Shown here: piece by piece, positions 56,646 to 64,000 of the stretch
How the letters are laid out: the number at the start of each line of letters is the position of its first letter
Numbering within the stretch: position 1 is the stretch's first letter
Origin: an uncultured Syntrophaceae bacterium
GTDB lineage: Bacteria; Desulfobacterota; Syntrophia; Syntrophales; UBA8958
Length of the DNA: 64,000 nt
NCBI GenBank assembly: GCA_964492965.1
Contig: CAZBME010000026.1
Location: 925 to 64,924 of the forward strand
Reading direction: 5' to 3'
Notes under the pieces: generated by a model
Database searches by the model: none
What the model was told of the DNA's origin: nothing
The model's input: the letters and a program-made list of their open reading frames with translations, nothing else
Program-made: the position numbers and the translations under genes

Positions 56646-56683
56646 ATGAAAATGAAAAGCCCCACCTCATGGGCAGGGCTTTT
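56646..56683 (-). terminator. Rho-independent terminator immediately after the binding-protein gene
   Basis: AAAAGCCC (56655-56662) pairs with GGGCTTTT (56676-56683). On the minus strand it is followed by TTTTCATTTTC. Confidence 0.55.
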
Positions 56684-56714
56684 CACAATTGAAAATGTTT
56701 TTCCAAATTTTACA

Positions 56715-58205
56715 TTATTCTCCCCAGTCACTCTTTCCCTTGCAACGATCAAGCTTCTGGTCCATCGGGGGAAGAACCTTGCTGGCAGGGACGAGCCATT
56801 CCGGCCCCACTGCGGAGGTGCCCTGGAACCAGTAAAAAGGGGGAATTGACATCGAGAGCTTCTGTTCTGCCGGCGGCACATATTCTCCAACTCTTAAAGG
56901 CTGGATGGTCTTGTGATCGCAGGCCCGCATTTTCACAATCTTGCCGTTGGGGTATTGATAGACATCCCCCTCCCAGACCTTGATAATTTTTTCGGGATCC
57001 AGACTCTTGGCCCGCTCGATGACGCTGAAAAGCCAATAACCGCTCGCGCCGTATAAACCTATGCCGCCGGTTCCGAGCTCATACAGCCGGGTGTTGAACG
57101 GGTCCTTCCAGCCCTTCTTCCAGCCATTATTCCAAGCCTTGAAGAATTTTACATAGTCGGGATGATTCTTGAAGGCATGAGGCATATCATAGACATCGAT
57201 GTTCATCAGGCCTTTTGTCCCTTCCACACCCACTTCATGGAGGAAATTGGGCTCATTCATGAAGAGGTTGGCAAAAGGAAGCTTAATGCCCATCTGCCTG
57301 GCCTGCTTCAGGAGATTGGCGGCGTCGGGAATCCAGTCACCCGTATAAATGACCTCGGCGCCGGAGGCCTTGATCTTTTCCAGGTAGGGGGCAAAATCCG
57401 TTAGGAAGAGTTTGTGGTAATCTTCGCCGACGATCTGTGCCCCTGGGTAGTACTCTTTCAGGCCCGCCTTGAACGAATCGGCCATCCCGCGGCCAAAGGA
57501 ATAGTCCTGGCAGAGGATGTAGAATTTCTTTTCCTTCTTGCGGATCTGGCCGTAGTAATAGGCCATACCGCGACCGATCTGATCCGTCGTCGGAGTAACC
57601 ATGAAGGAGTAACGCCCGAAATTCACGGCATCCTGAAGTTCATCAGCCAGGGAGCCTTCATTCATGACAATGACCTTGTACTTGTTGCCCACCTCGTTGA
57701 TGATCTTCATCAGATTGCTGCCTGCGGTTCCCGCCAGGACATGGACCTTCTCCTGGAGGACCATCCGTTCACAGATCTTCTTGCACTGGTCCGGCTTGGA
57801 CATGTGGTCGGCCTGAATAATCTCGATCATCCTCTTTTTGCCGTCCACCCAGATGCCCCCGCGCTTGTTGATGTCGTGAGCGGCAAACTGAAGCGGCATC
57901 ATATGGATGGGGCCATTCGCGGCGCCCGGTCCGGAAAAGGTGTTCACATGGGCAATCTTGATGGTGTCCCCTTTAACTGTTCCCGCCATTGCCGATGTTG
58001 TGGGATCAAAGTCGGACATGTCCGCCATCTTCTTGGCGTCAAAAATTGCGTTTGGTTTGCCTATCTTATCTGACGGATCCGTTTTCGCCGCTTTCGCCTT
58101 CTTCTCCGCTTTCTGGGCCATGGCGGTGGATGGGCTGTAGACCGCGAGGGATAAAAGGAACAGTGAACAGAAAAAAACGACGACAATCTTACTTAACGTT
58201 TTCAC
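56715..58205 (-). CDS. Extended Liv-type (branched-chain amino acid family) ABC substrate-binding protein, paralogue 1
   Basis: Signal peptide ...AVYSPSTAMA, a Lys/Ala-rich linker and a periplasmic-binding-protein type I body. The GTG start at 58205 is 9 nt after AGGAGG. ATG 58232 is an alternative without an RBS. Confidence 0.8.
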   Translation of the reverse strand: MKTLSKIVVVFFCSLFLLSLAVYSPSTAMAQKAEKKAKAAKTDPSDKIGKPNAIFDAKKMADMSDFDPTTSAMAGTVKGDTIKIAHVNTFSGPGAANGPIHMMPLQFAAHDINKRGGIWVDGKKRMIEIIQADHMSKPDQCKKICERMVLQEKVHVLAGTAGSNLMKIINEVGNKYKVIVMNEGSLADELQDAVNFGRYSFMVTPTTDQIGRGMAYYYGQIRKKEKKFYILCQDYSFGRGMADSFKAGLKEYYPGAQIVGEDYHKLFLTDFAPYLEKIKASGAEVIYTGDWIPDAANLLKQARQMGIKLPFANLFMNEPNFLHEVGVEGTKGLMNIDVYDMPHAFKNHPDYVKFFKAWNNGWKKGWKDPFNTRLYELGTGGIGLYGASGYWLFSVIERAKSLDPEKIIKVWEGDVYQYPNGKIVKMRACDHKTIQPLRVGEYVPPAEQKLSMSIPPFYWFQGTSAVGPEWLVPASKVLPPMDQKLDRCKGKSDWGE

Positions 58206-58367
58206 GCTGCATTTCCTCCTTTTTGCGTTCATCCGGATTATTATTGGCTCAAGGATTGTTCTCTTCATATCCTCCATTAGCAGGATATTCGGATACAGGG
58301 TGCAAAAGGGGTGTGGCTGTTTACCGTCGCCACACCCCATGTCTTACCTACCGTCTTTCCCCGTCAT

Positions 58368-59858
58368 CTAATCGCCCCAGTCGTTCTTTCCCTTGCAGCG
58401 ATCCAGCTTCTGGTCCATGTGAGGAAGGACTTTGGCGGCGGGAATATCCCAGGAAGGCCCAACGTTCGATGCATTCTTATACCAGTAGAAAGGCGGAATA
58501 TTCATGGACGCCTTCTGTCCCTCCGGCGGGACAAACTCCGCCACGCGGAAACCCTGGATGGACTTGTGGTCGCAGGAACGCATCTTGACGATACGCCCAT
58601 TCGCATACTGATAGGTGTCGCCTTCCCATACCTTGATAATCTTTTCGGGATCCGTGCTCTGCGCCCGCTCCATCACGCTGAAGAGCCAGTAGACCTGCTG
58701 GGTCCAATGCGCGAGGGTGCCTGTGCCGTGCTCATACAAGGGGTTGTTGTAAGGCGCTGCTTTCCATTTTTTCCACTGGCCGTTCCACGTCTTGTAGTAT
58801 TTGGTATATCCGGGATCGGTAAATTGAGGGCCGGCCTTTTCAAAATGTTTGATATTGACCAATCCTTTTGTTCCTTCTACACCGACTTCGACAAGAAAGT
58901 TCGGATTGTCGACAAACAGGTTCGCAAAGGGCAGTTTGATGCCCATCTGCCGGGCCTGCTTGAGCAAGTTGGCCGCATCCGGAATCCAGTCGCCGGTGTA
59001 AACGACCTCTGCACCGGAGGCCTTGATCTTTTCCAGGTAGGGGGCGAAGTCCGTCAGGAACAGCTTGTGATAGTCTTCACCGACCAGCTGCGCCTCGGGA
59101 TAGTATTCTTTTAAACCTCTTTTAAACCCTTCGGCCATATCCCGGCCAAAGGAATAATCCTGACAGAGAATATAGAACTTCTTCTCTTTCTTGCGGATCT
59201 GGCCGTAGTAGTAGGCCATACCCCGGCCGATGGAAAAACAGGTATCGGAACTCATGAAAGAGTAACGGCCGAAGTTCGTCGCGTCCTGAAGCTCATCGGA
59301 AAGAGCGCCGATGTTCTGGGAAATGACTTTGTAACGATTACCCACCTCATTGGCCACCTTCATCAAATTGCTCCCCGAAGTGCCGATGATGGCATGAACC
59401 TTCTCCTGGAGGACCATGCGCTCACAGATCTTCTTCGCCTGATCCTGCTTGGACATGCTATCTGCCTTGAAGAGAGCAATCTTTTTCATCTTGCCGTCAA
59501 CTAAGATGCCGCCCCGCTTGTTGATGTCATAAGCAGCAAAGGTCACGCAAGCCCACCCGAGTTCTCCGTTTTCCGCTGCGGGTCCCGAATGAGGCCAGAA
59601 GACGGCAATCCTGATGGTATCCCCTTCAGGATTAACCCATTTGGCCGGATCCCATCCGGACATATCGCCCATCTTGCCGGCATCAAATTTTGCGTTCGGT
59701 TTGGACCAGGTTTCAACAGCATCCGCTTTGGCTGCTTTAGCCGGTTTGGCCTTTTTTTCCGCCTTCTGGGCCATGGCGGTGGATGGGCTGTAGACCGCGA
59801 TGGCAGCAAACAAAAAAACAACCATGAAAATCGTAAAACACTTCCCGAAACTTTTCAT
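58368..59858 (-). CDS. Extended Liv-type ABC substrate-binding protein, paralogue 2
   Basis: ATG 59858 follows GGAGGG. It shares long identical blocks with paralogue 1 (for example KLFLTDFAPYLEKIKASGAEV, YTGDWIPDAANLLKQARQMGIKLPFANLF). Confidence 0.8.
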   Translation of the reverse strand: MKSFGKCFTIFMVVFLFAAIAVYSPSTAMAQKAEKKAKPAKAAKADAVETWSKPNAKFDAGKMGDMSGWDPAKWVNPEGDTIRIAVFWPHSGPAAENGELGWACVTFAAYDINKRGGILVDGKMKKIALFKADSMSKQDQAKKICERMVLQEKVHAIIGTSGSNLMKVANEVGNRYKVISQNIGALSDELQDATNFGRYSFMSSDTCFSIGRGMAYYYGQIRKKEKKFYILCQDYSFGRDMAEGFKRGLKEYYPEAQLVGEDYHKLFLTDFAPYLEKIKASGAEVVYTGDWIPDAANLLKQARQMGIKLPFANLFVDNPNFLVEVGVEGTKGLVNIKHFEKAGPQFTDPGYTKYYKTWNGQWKKWKAAPYNNPLYEHGTGTLAHWTQQVYWLFSVMERAQSTDPEKIIKVWEGDTYQYANGRIVKMRSCDHKSIQGFRVAEFVPPEGQKASMNIPPFYWYKNASNVGPSWDIPAAKVLPHMDQKLDRCKGKNDWGD

Positions 59859-60020
59859 TTTTATTTCCCTCCATATTGTAAAAATTCTCAGCGTTGTAAA
59901 TAATCCCCCTAGAGTCCTATTTACAGACAATTGCCGCTTTGAAACCAACCAGCAGGTAATCATCAACTTTTCACCTGCCTACCTTCCATGCTAAGGTTCG
60001 GTTCTCCTTTGATTCCGAAA

Positions 60021-60833
60021 CTAAGCCTTCAGCATTTTCATCATGTTCATGATGGTCAACTCCATCGAGAGTTCCCGCCCGGCAGACATAGCCGGCGCAA
60101 AATTCCTGATGAAATCGATCTCTTCATCCTTCGGGTGCTCTGTTTCCGTCAGATTGTCGGCAATTTTCAAATCCCACGGCACATCTTTTTTAACATCCTC
60201 TACGGTCACCCGGGGATGGATCTGGGCCAGATACATCTCTTTGGTGACGGGATCGAAACGGAAAACCCCCTTCGTGCTCAGCAACATGGACGGTCCTGAA
60301 CCGATGGGGAAAAGACCCGATTTATCGCGACTGTCCCCGCCGTCCAGATAACCGGGAGAGGTAAAGTAATCGAGTTTGTTAACAAATTCCCCTCCCAACA
60401 TGGTGAGGACCGTCCGCTTGGCATAGGCGATGAAATCGGCGGCGCCCCCCGATCCGGTGAGCCTCATGGTCGGCTTGTAATAATCACCGATGGCCGTGGT
60501 ATTCAAATTCCCATATTTGTCCACCTGACCGACGCCAAGAAAGCAGACATCGACAAAACCGCGATAGGTCATGGTAAAAGCGGAAAACAGGTCCGTGGCA
60601 TAGGAGAACCCACGGCAGGCATTGGCATCGGCAATGTGATTCAAGGGCAGAAGCGGCGTAAAGTCTATGATTCCCGACTCCATCATCAGGGTTGCATGGG
60701 GGGCATACAAGGCCTTGGCCATGGCCCCCGCCGTTGTGGGCAGACCTACGCCCAGAATAACGTTTTCATGATCGCGAATCTCCTTCGCAACGGCAATCAC
60801 CAAAAGTTCCTGCAATGTATATGGCTTACTCAT
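60021..60833 (-). CDS. Family I CoA-transferase beta subunit (glutaconate CoA-transferase GctB-like)
   Basis: About 270 aa. The MESGI region holds the catalytic Glu context. GSGGAADF motif. Overlaps the alpha-subunit gene by 8 nt. Confidence 0.8.
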   Translation of the reverse strand: MSKPYTLQELLVIAVAKEIRDHENVILGVGLPTTAGAMAKALYAPHATLMMESGIIDFTPLLPLNHIADANACRGFSYATDLFSAFTMTYRGFVDVCFLGVGQVDKYGNLNTTAIGDYYKPTMRLTGSGGAADFIAYAKRTVLTMLGGEFVNKLDYFTSPGYLDGGDSRDKSGLFPIGSGPSMLLSTKGVFRFDPVTKEMYLAQIHPRVTVEDVKKDVPWDLKIADNLTETEHPKDEEIDFIRNFAPAMSAGRELSMELTIMNMMKMLKA

Positions 60834-61872
60834 AGAGTTTCCCCCTTTCCTTCAAAGTCTGCTCGAATTCTGCCAACGTCAAGCCCATGTTTCTTTCCTT
60901 GCCTTCCACATCCCAACGCGACGTAAATGCCGAGCCGTAATTGGCGGGGGCGGAATAAAAGGCCTTGGCCCGAATGCCGTCCAGTACCTTGCTGCCAAAT
61001 TTCTGGCAATAATGGTCTATATAGGCCGCACGGGTTTCGCAGCCGAAAACCCATTCATCCATCCATGCTTTCAGGCCGTCGGCCGTGCCGTCAGCCATCA
61101 TGAACAAACCATACATAAACTGATCCATATTGTAATAACCCAGAACCTCCGTCGGGTTTGCCCCCCAGGGCACCTCGCAGACCGCGTCAACCCGATAGGC
61201 GGGAATAAGCGTCAGGTGGGGGGACGATTGCACGACATCGTGTTCAACAATCTCTTCACAGGATACAATAATGCGTTTGCTGGCCAGGGCCGCCGCCGCC
61301 ACACTGCCCAGGGCACCCCAGTATTGGGCGTTCCCGAATTTGTCCGCCCGCTGGACGTGGACAATGCACACATCGGGATTGGCCGCCGGCACCGTCAGCT
61401 GATCCTTGCCCGTGTAGGGGCATTTGATGACGCGGAACTTGTCCTCGCCCATAAATGTTCGCTTGTGAAAAAGATCCGTCACCATAGCGGCTTCCAGGAC
61501 CTGAATATAGGTGAAGCCGTGCATGCCCGCTACCAGGCGCGCATTGTATTGAAAGTTTGAATAGTCCTCCAGTTGCAAGGATCCGTCATTCAACGCCCGC
61601 TCCACAGCCGAGCCCCCTTTCCTTCCGCCGGCACGCAGACAATAGGTCGTGACGAGGCGGTCCACACAACCGGCGCCGACCAAAGTCTCGACATCGAAAA
61701 TGCCCGATTGCGAATACAGGGTCAAGCCCTTCCGACCTTGCCGGATTACCTCATAAACCAGTTCGGCGCAGCTGCCCACGGTATAATTGCCGATAACCAA
61801 GTGGTCGCCGTCATGGACAAACTTGCCTATTGCCTCTTTGGCACTCATGACCTTACCGTTCTCTTCTGCCAT
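60826..61872 (-). CDS. Family I CoA-transferase alpha subunit (GctA-like)
   Basis: SAKEAIGKFVHDGDHLVIG N-terminus typical of CoA-transferase A subunits. ATG 61872 is 4 nt after AGGAGGG. Confidence 0.8.
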   Translation of the reverse strand: MAEENGKVMSAKEAIGKFVHDGDHLVIGNYTVGSCAELVYEVIRQGRKGLTLYSQSGIFDVETLVGAGCVDRLVTTYCLRAGGRKGGSAVERALNDGSLQLEDYSNFQYNARLVAGMHGFTYIQVLEAAMVTDLFHKRTFMGEDKFRVIKCPYTGKDQLTVPAANPDVCIVHVQRADKFGNAQYWGALGSVAAAALASKRIIVSCEEIVEHDVVQSSPHLTLIPAYRVDAVCEVPWGANPTEVLGYYNMDQFMYGLFMMADGTADGLKAWMDEWVFGCETRAAYIDHYCQKFGSKVLDGIRAKAFYSAPANYGSAFTSRWDVEGKERNMGLTLAEFEQTLKERGKLYE

Positions 61873-62086
61873 AAATCCCTCCTGACTATTTTTATTGATA
61901 ATGAACAAGATTGCTTTTGGGGGTGAAACATGGGATGCCCCAGGGCAAAAATATCGGGACATCCCATTTTAACAAATGCGCGGAAGTGACTTAACTTTAA
62001 TGAATCTTCGACTTAGCCTTATTTCCGGATGATCAAGGCGTGACTGGGCACACCGGAATGCTCATCGGGATTCAGTCGACATAACC

Positions 62087-62803
62087 TTATACTTCCAGAT
62101 ATTTCGAACGCGCTTCGTTGTTGTCTCTCAACTCCTCGACGGTGCCTTTATATCCGATATGCGCCTTACCCATCAGGTAAACACGATGGGCGAGAGACAG
62201 GGCAACCTTCAGGTTATGCTCGACGAGGAGGATGGAAACGCCGGCCTTGTTGATCTCCTCCAGCACGTTCCGCACCTCCTGGACCATGATCGGCGCCAGG
62301 CCTTCCGTCGGCTCATCCACCAGCAGCAGCTTCGGATTTCCCATAAGTGATCGCCCAATGGACAGCATTTGCTGTTCACCGCCCGATAAAAAACGCCCCT
62401 GCTGATGGGTTCTCTCCTTCAGCTTCGGAAAGTGGCTGAAGATCCGGTCGATCGTCCAGACATTCGGATCGTTCGGATCGCCCATTTTGCCGCCTTTCAA
62501 GCCCAGCAGCAGGTTATCGAGAACGGACAGCTCGGGGAAGATCCGCCGTTCTTCAGGGACATAACCAATACCTGCCTGAGCCGCCTTGAAGGGTGGGAAA
62601 CCCGTAATCTCTTTCCCCTGAAAAACCACCGACCCGGACCGCGATTTGACCAATCCCATGATGGTCTTCAGGGTCGTGCTCTTCCCCATCCCGTTACGTC
62701 CCAGCAGGGCAACCAGCTCTCCTTCGGCAACATTGAGGGAAATCCCCTGCAAAACATGGCTCGCACCATAATATGTATTCAGTTCATTAACTTCCAGTAA
62801 CAT
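62087..62803 (-). CDS. livF: Branched-chain-type ABC transporter ATP-binding protein
   Basis: Walker A GRNGMGKST, signature LSGGEQQML, Walker B LLLVDEP. Confidence 0.9.
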   Translation of the reverse strand: MLLEVNELNTYYGASHVLQGISLNVAEGELVALLGRNGMGKSTTLKTIMGLVKSRSGSVVFQGKEITGFPPFKAAQAGIGYVPEERRIFPELSVLDNLLLGLKGGKMGDPNDPNVWTIDRIFSHFPKLKERTHQQGRFLSGGEQQMLSIGRSLMGNPKLLLVDEPTEGLAPIMVQEVRNVLEEINKAGVSILLVEHNLKVALSLAHRVYLMGKAHIGYKGTVEELRDNNEARSKYLEV

Positions 62804-62848
62804 TTTTTATCACCTCATATTTAATCAGTGAACAATGACCAACGATCG

Positions 62849-62880
62849 AAGGATCAATGAAGGTACATTCATTGATCCTT
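62849..62880. other. Perfect 13-bp intercistronic stem-loop between livG and livF
   Basis: AAGGATCAATGAA (62849-62861), loop GGTACA, TTCATTGATCCTT (62868-62880). Further TCATTGAT-like copies follow at 62881-62895. Confidence 0.4.
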
Positions 62881-62901
62881 GTTGATCATTGATGATTGCT
62901 T

Positions 62902-63648
62902 TCAAACCTCGAGATCCCCCAGATAGGCATCCTTCACATCCTGGTTCACACGAATCTCCGCAGGCGTTCCCGTCGCCAGGATCTTTCCGTAGTGCAGAAC
63001 GGTGATCCGGTCCGCCAGAGAAAACACCACGTCCATATCATGTTCGATAATGACACAGGTCTTGCCTTCCGTCATCTTCCGGATCAACTCTACGGCATTA
63101 TGGGTCTCATCCCGGGACATGCCCGCCGCAAATTCGTCCAGAAGGATCAACTCCGGATCCGTTGCCATGGCCATACTGATCTCCAGAGCTCGGGACTTGC
63201 CATAAGACAACATACTGGCGGGAACATTGCGCTCATTAAGCAGATTGACCCGCTTCAGCATCGCTTCCGTCTCCTCGGTGATCTTCTTCATCTTGTCCAC
63301 TTTCCGAAACAGGTTGAAGCGAACGCCGTCCTTCGAAAGAATGGCCAGGCGGATATTCTGAAACGCCGTCAGGTTGGTAAATGTACTGGTAATCTGAAAG
63401 GAACGCCCCATCCCAATACGGGCCAACTGATGAGGCTTGAACCCGGTGATGTCCTTCCCCTTGAAGAACACTTGCCCCTTGCTCGGGTGGTAAGTTCCCG
63501 TGATCGTATTGAACAGCGTCGTTTTTCCCGCCCCGTTCGGACCGATCACGGCATGTCGCTCCCCTTCCTTGATCTGCAGGTCAATACCGAAGAGGACCTT
63601 CAACCCGCTGAAATCGTGGTGTAGATCTTTTGTTTCCAATATGTTCAT
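62902..63648 (-). CDS. livG: Branched-chain-type ABC transporter ATP-binding protein
   Basis: Walker A GPNGAGKTT, signature LSYGKSRALE, Walker B LILLDEFAAG. Confidence 0.9.
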   Translation of the reverse strand: MNILETKDLHHDFSGLKVLFGIDLQIKEGERHAVIGPNGAGKTTLFNTITGTYHPSKGQVFFKGKDITGFKPHQLARIGMGRSFQITSTFTNLTAFQNIRLAILSKDGVRFNLFRKVDKMKKITEETEAMLKRVNLLNERNVPASMLSYGKSRALEISMAMATDPELILLDEFAAGMSRDETHNAVELIRKMTEGKTCVIIEHDMDVVFSLADRITVLHYGKILATGTPAEIRVNQDVKDAYLGDLEV

Positions 63649-64000
63649 GACGTCTTCTCCATTTTAGCCTTGGAAGCGGCAGAGCCCTGCCATCTCATCT
63701 TTATAGCGGTAATAAAGCCCGCAATTCCCCTGGGGGCAAACATGATCACCAGAATCAGGATCACGCCCATCACCAGCTCGACCCGGTCCGTAAAGCGGAT
63801 GGTCAGCTCCTCGATAATCTGAAAAACAGCCGTTCCCCAAATGGGACCGAAGAAGCTCCCGATACCGCCGATCATCGACGCTGTGATCGGGGCAAAGGAT
63901 ACCAGCGCGCCCAGCGAACCGTCAGCCGAAACCAGGTTGTGAAACAGGCCGTACAGCGACCCCGCAACCCCGGCAAAGGTTCCTGAAACCACATAAATGA
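63645..64000 (-). CDS. livM: Branched-chain-type ABC permease, C-terminal part (gene continues beyond the window)
   Basis: Hydrophobic LivM-like C-terminus (GGIGSFFGPIWG). The frame is open to the window edge. ATGA overlap with livG. Confidence 0.8.
   Translation of the reverse strand, partial: IYVVSGTFAGVAGSLYGLFHNLVSADGSLGALVSFAPITASMIGGIGSFFGPIWGTAVFQIIEELTIRFTDRVELVMGVILILVIMFAPRGIAGFITAIKMRWQGSAASKAKMEKTS

Noticed and set aside
57414-59114. Plus-strand ORFs of 219, 199 and 267 aa over the two binding-protein genes
   Set aside because: They are shadows of the paralogous SBP genes. Their mutual similarity simply mirrors the duplication on the other strand.
62896-63624. 242-aa plus-strand ORF
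   Set aside because: It is antisense to livG, which has Walker A/B and ABC signature motifs.
1-64000. Search for CRISPR arrays, tRNA/rRNA genes, transposases, integrases, phage genes, toxin-antitoxin pairs and classical defence genes
   Set aside because: I saw no regularly spaced direct repeats, no tRNA-like T-arm/acceptor patterns in intergenic regions, and no recombinase or restriction-type motifs in any ORF. The only repeat-like element is the 73-nt REP-like palindrome.

Overview
The window is a densely coding 64 kb stretch (about 57 protein genes) with no rRNA, tRNA, CRISPR array, transposase or integrase that I could see. Gene content points to an anaerobic Desulfobacterota/Syntrophia-like bacterium; this lineage call is inference, not a search result. 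The evidence is radical-SAM, Fe-S and multihaem proteins, nrfHA, hcp, glutaconate-type CoA-transferase and many signalling proteins.

Layout from left to right:
- 304-9527: a co-directional minus-strand string. It runs GGDEF cyclase, cNMP/FHA protein, TPR-FkbM methyltransferase, two QueG/RdhA-like Fe-S proteins, Tat-exported Cys-type sulfatase, membrane protein and anaerobic sulfatase maturase with a SEC-C tail.
- 9532-15970: a PAS hybrid histidine kinase, then a plus-strand CHASE2-Ser/Thr kinase, PP2C phosphatase and FHA operon.
- 16089-26457: a DUF3820-like protein, a secreted hypothetical protein, an AsmA-like protein and pyrE. These are followed by a REP-like palindromic element and a leuD-leuB-metH unit (MetH activation-domain gene plus core metH) that lacks leuC.
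- 26780-36633: mixed plus-strand genes (crotonase, FIST protein with a 4-Cys C-terminal module, DJ-1, DUF2284, SDR, rhodanese, CBS). Next come a frameshifted cold-shock pseudogene with a long leader, an unlisted 59-aa ORF, and on the minus strand a small Cys-rich protein, a REC-GAF-HD-GYP regulator and a 2-hydroxyacid dehydrogenase.
- 36885-44529: nrfHA, a small L7/L12-CTD-like protein and hcp with an FNR-type box. This block ends with an operon of Tat flavoprotein, hexahaem cytochrome c and an exported beta-CASP metallo-hydrolase.
- 44797-45624: a plus-strand coiled-coil hypothetical protein, convergent with the fatty-acid-synthase-like cluster that follows.
- 45655-53607: a ten-gene accessory type II fatty-acid-synthase-like cluster. 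It carries its own ACP, PPTase, PlsC-type acyltransferase, a FabA/KAS pair and an acyl-CoA dehydrogenase, and has no recognisable enoyl-ACP reductase.
- 53828-64000: DedA, a candidate small RNA or leader, a DEAD-box helicase and two tandem paralogous Liv-type binding proteins. The window ends with glutaconate-type CoA-transferase subunits embedded in a livMGF ABC operon.

The items I rate most worth follow-up are the accessory FAS-like cluster, the flavoprotein/hexahaem/exported beta-CASP operon, the sulfatase/RdhA-like string and the FIST-4Cys protein. All functional calls come from motif recognition by eye; no database search was run.
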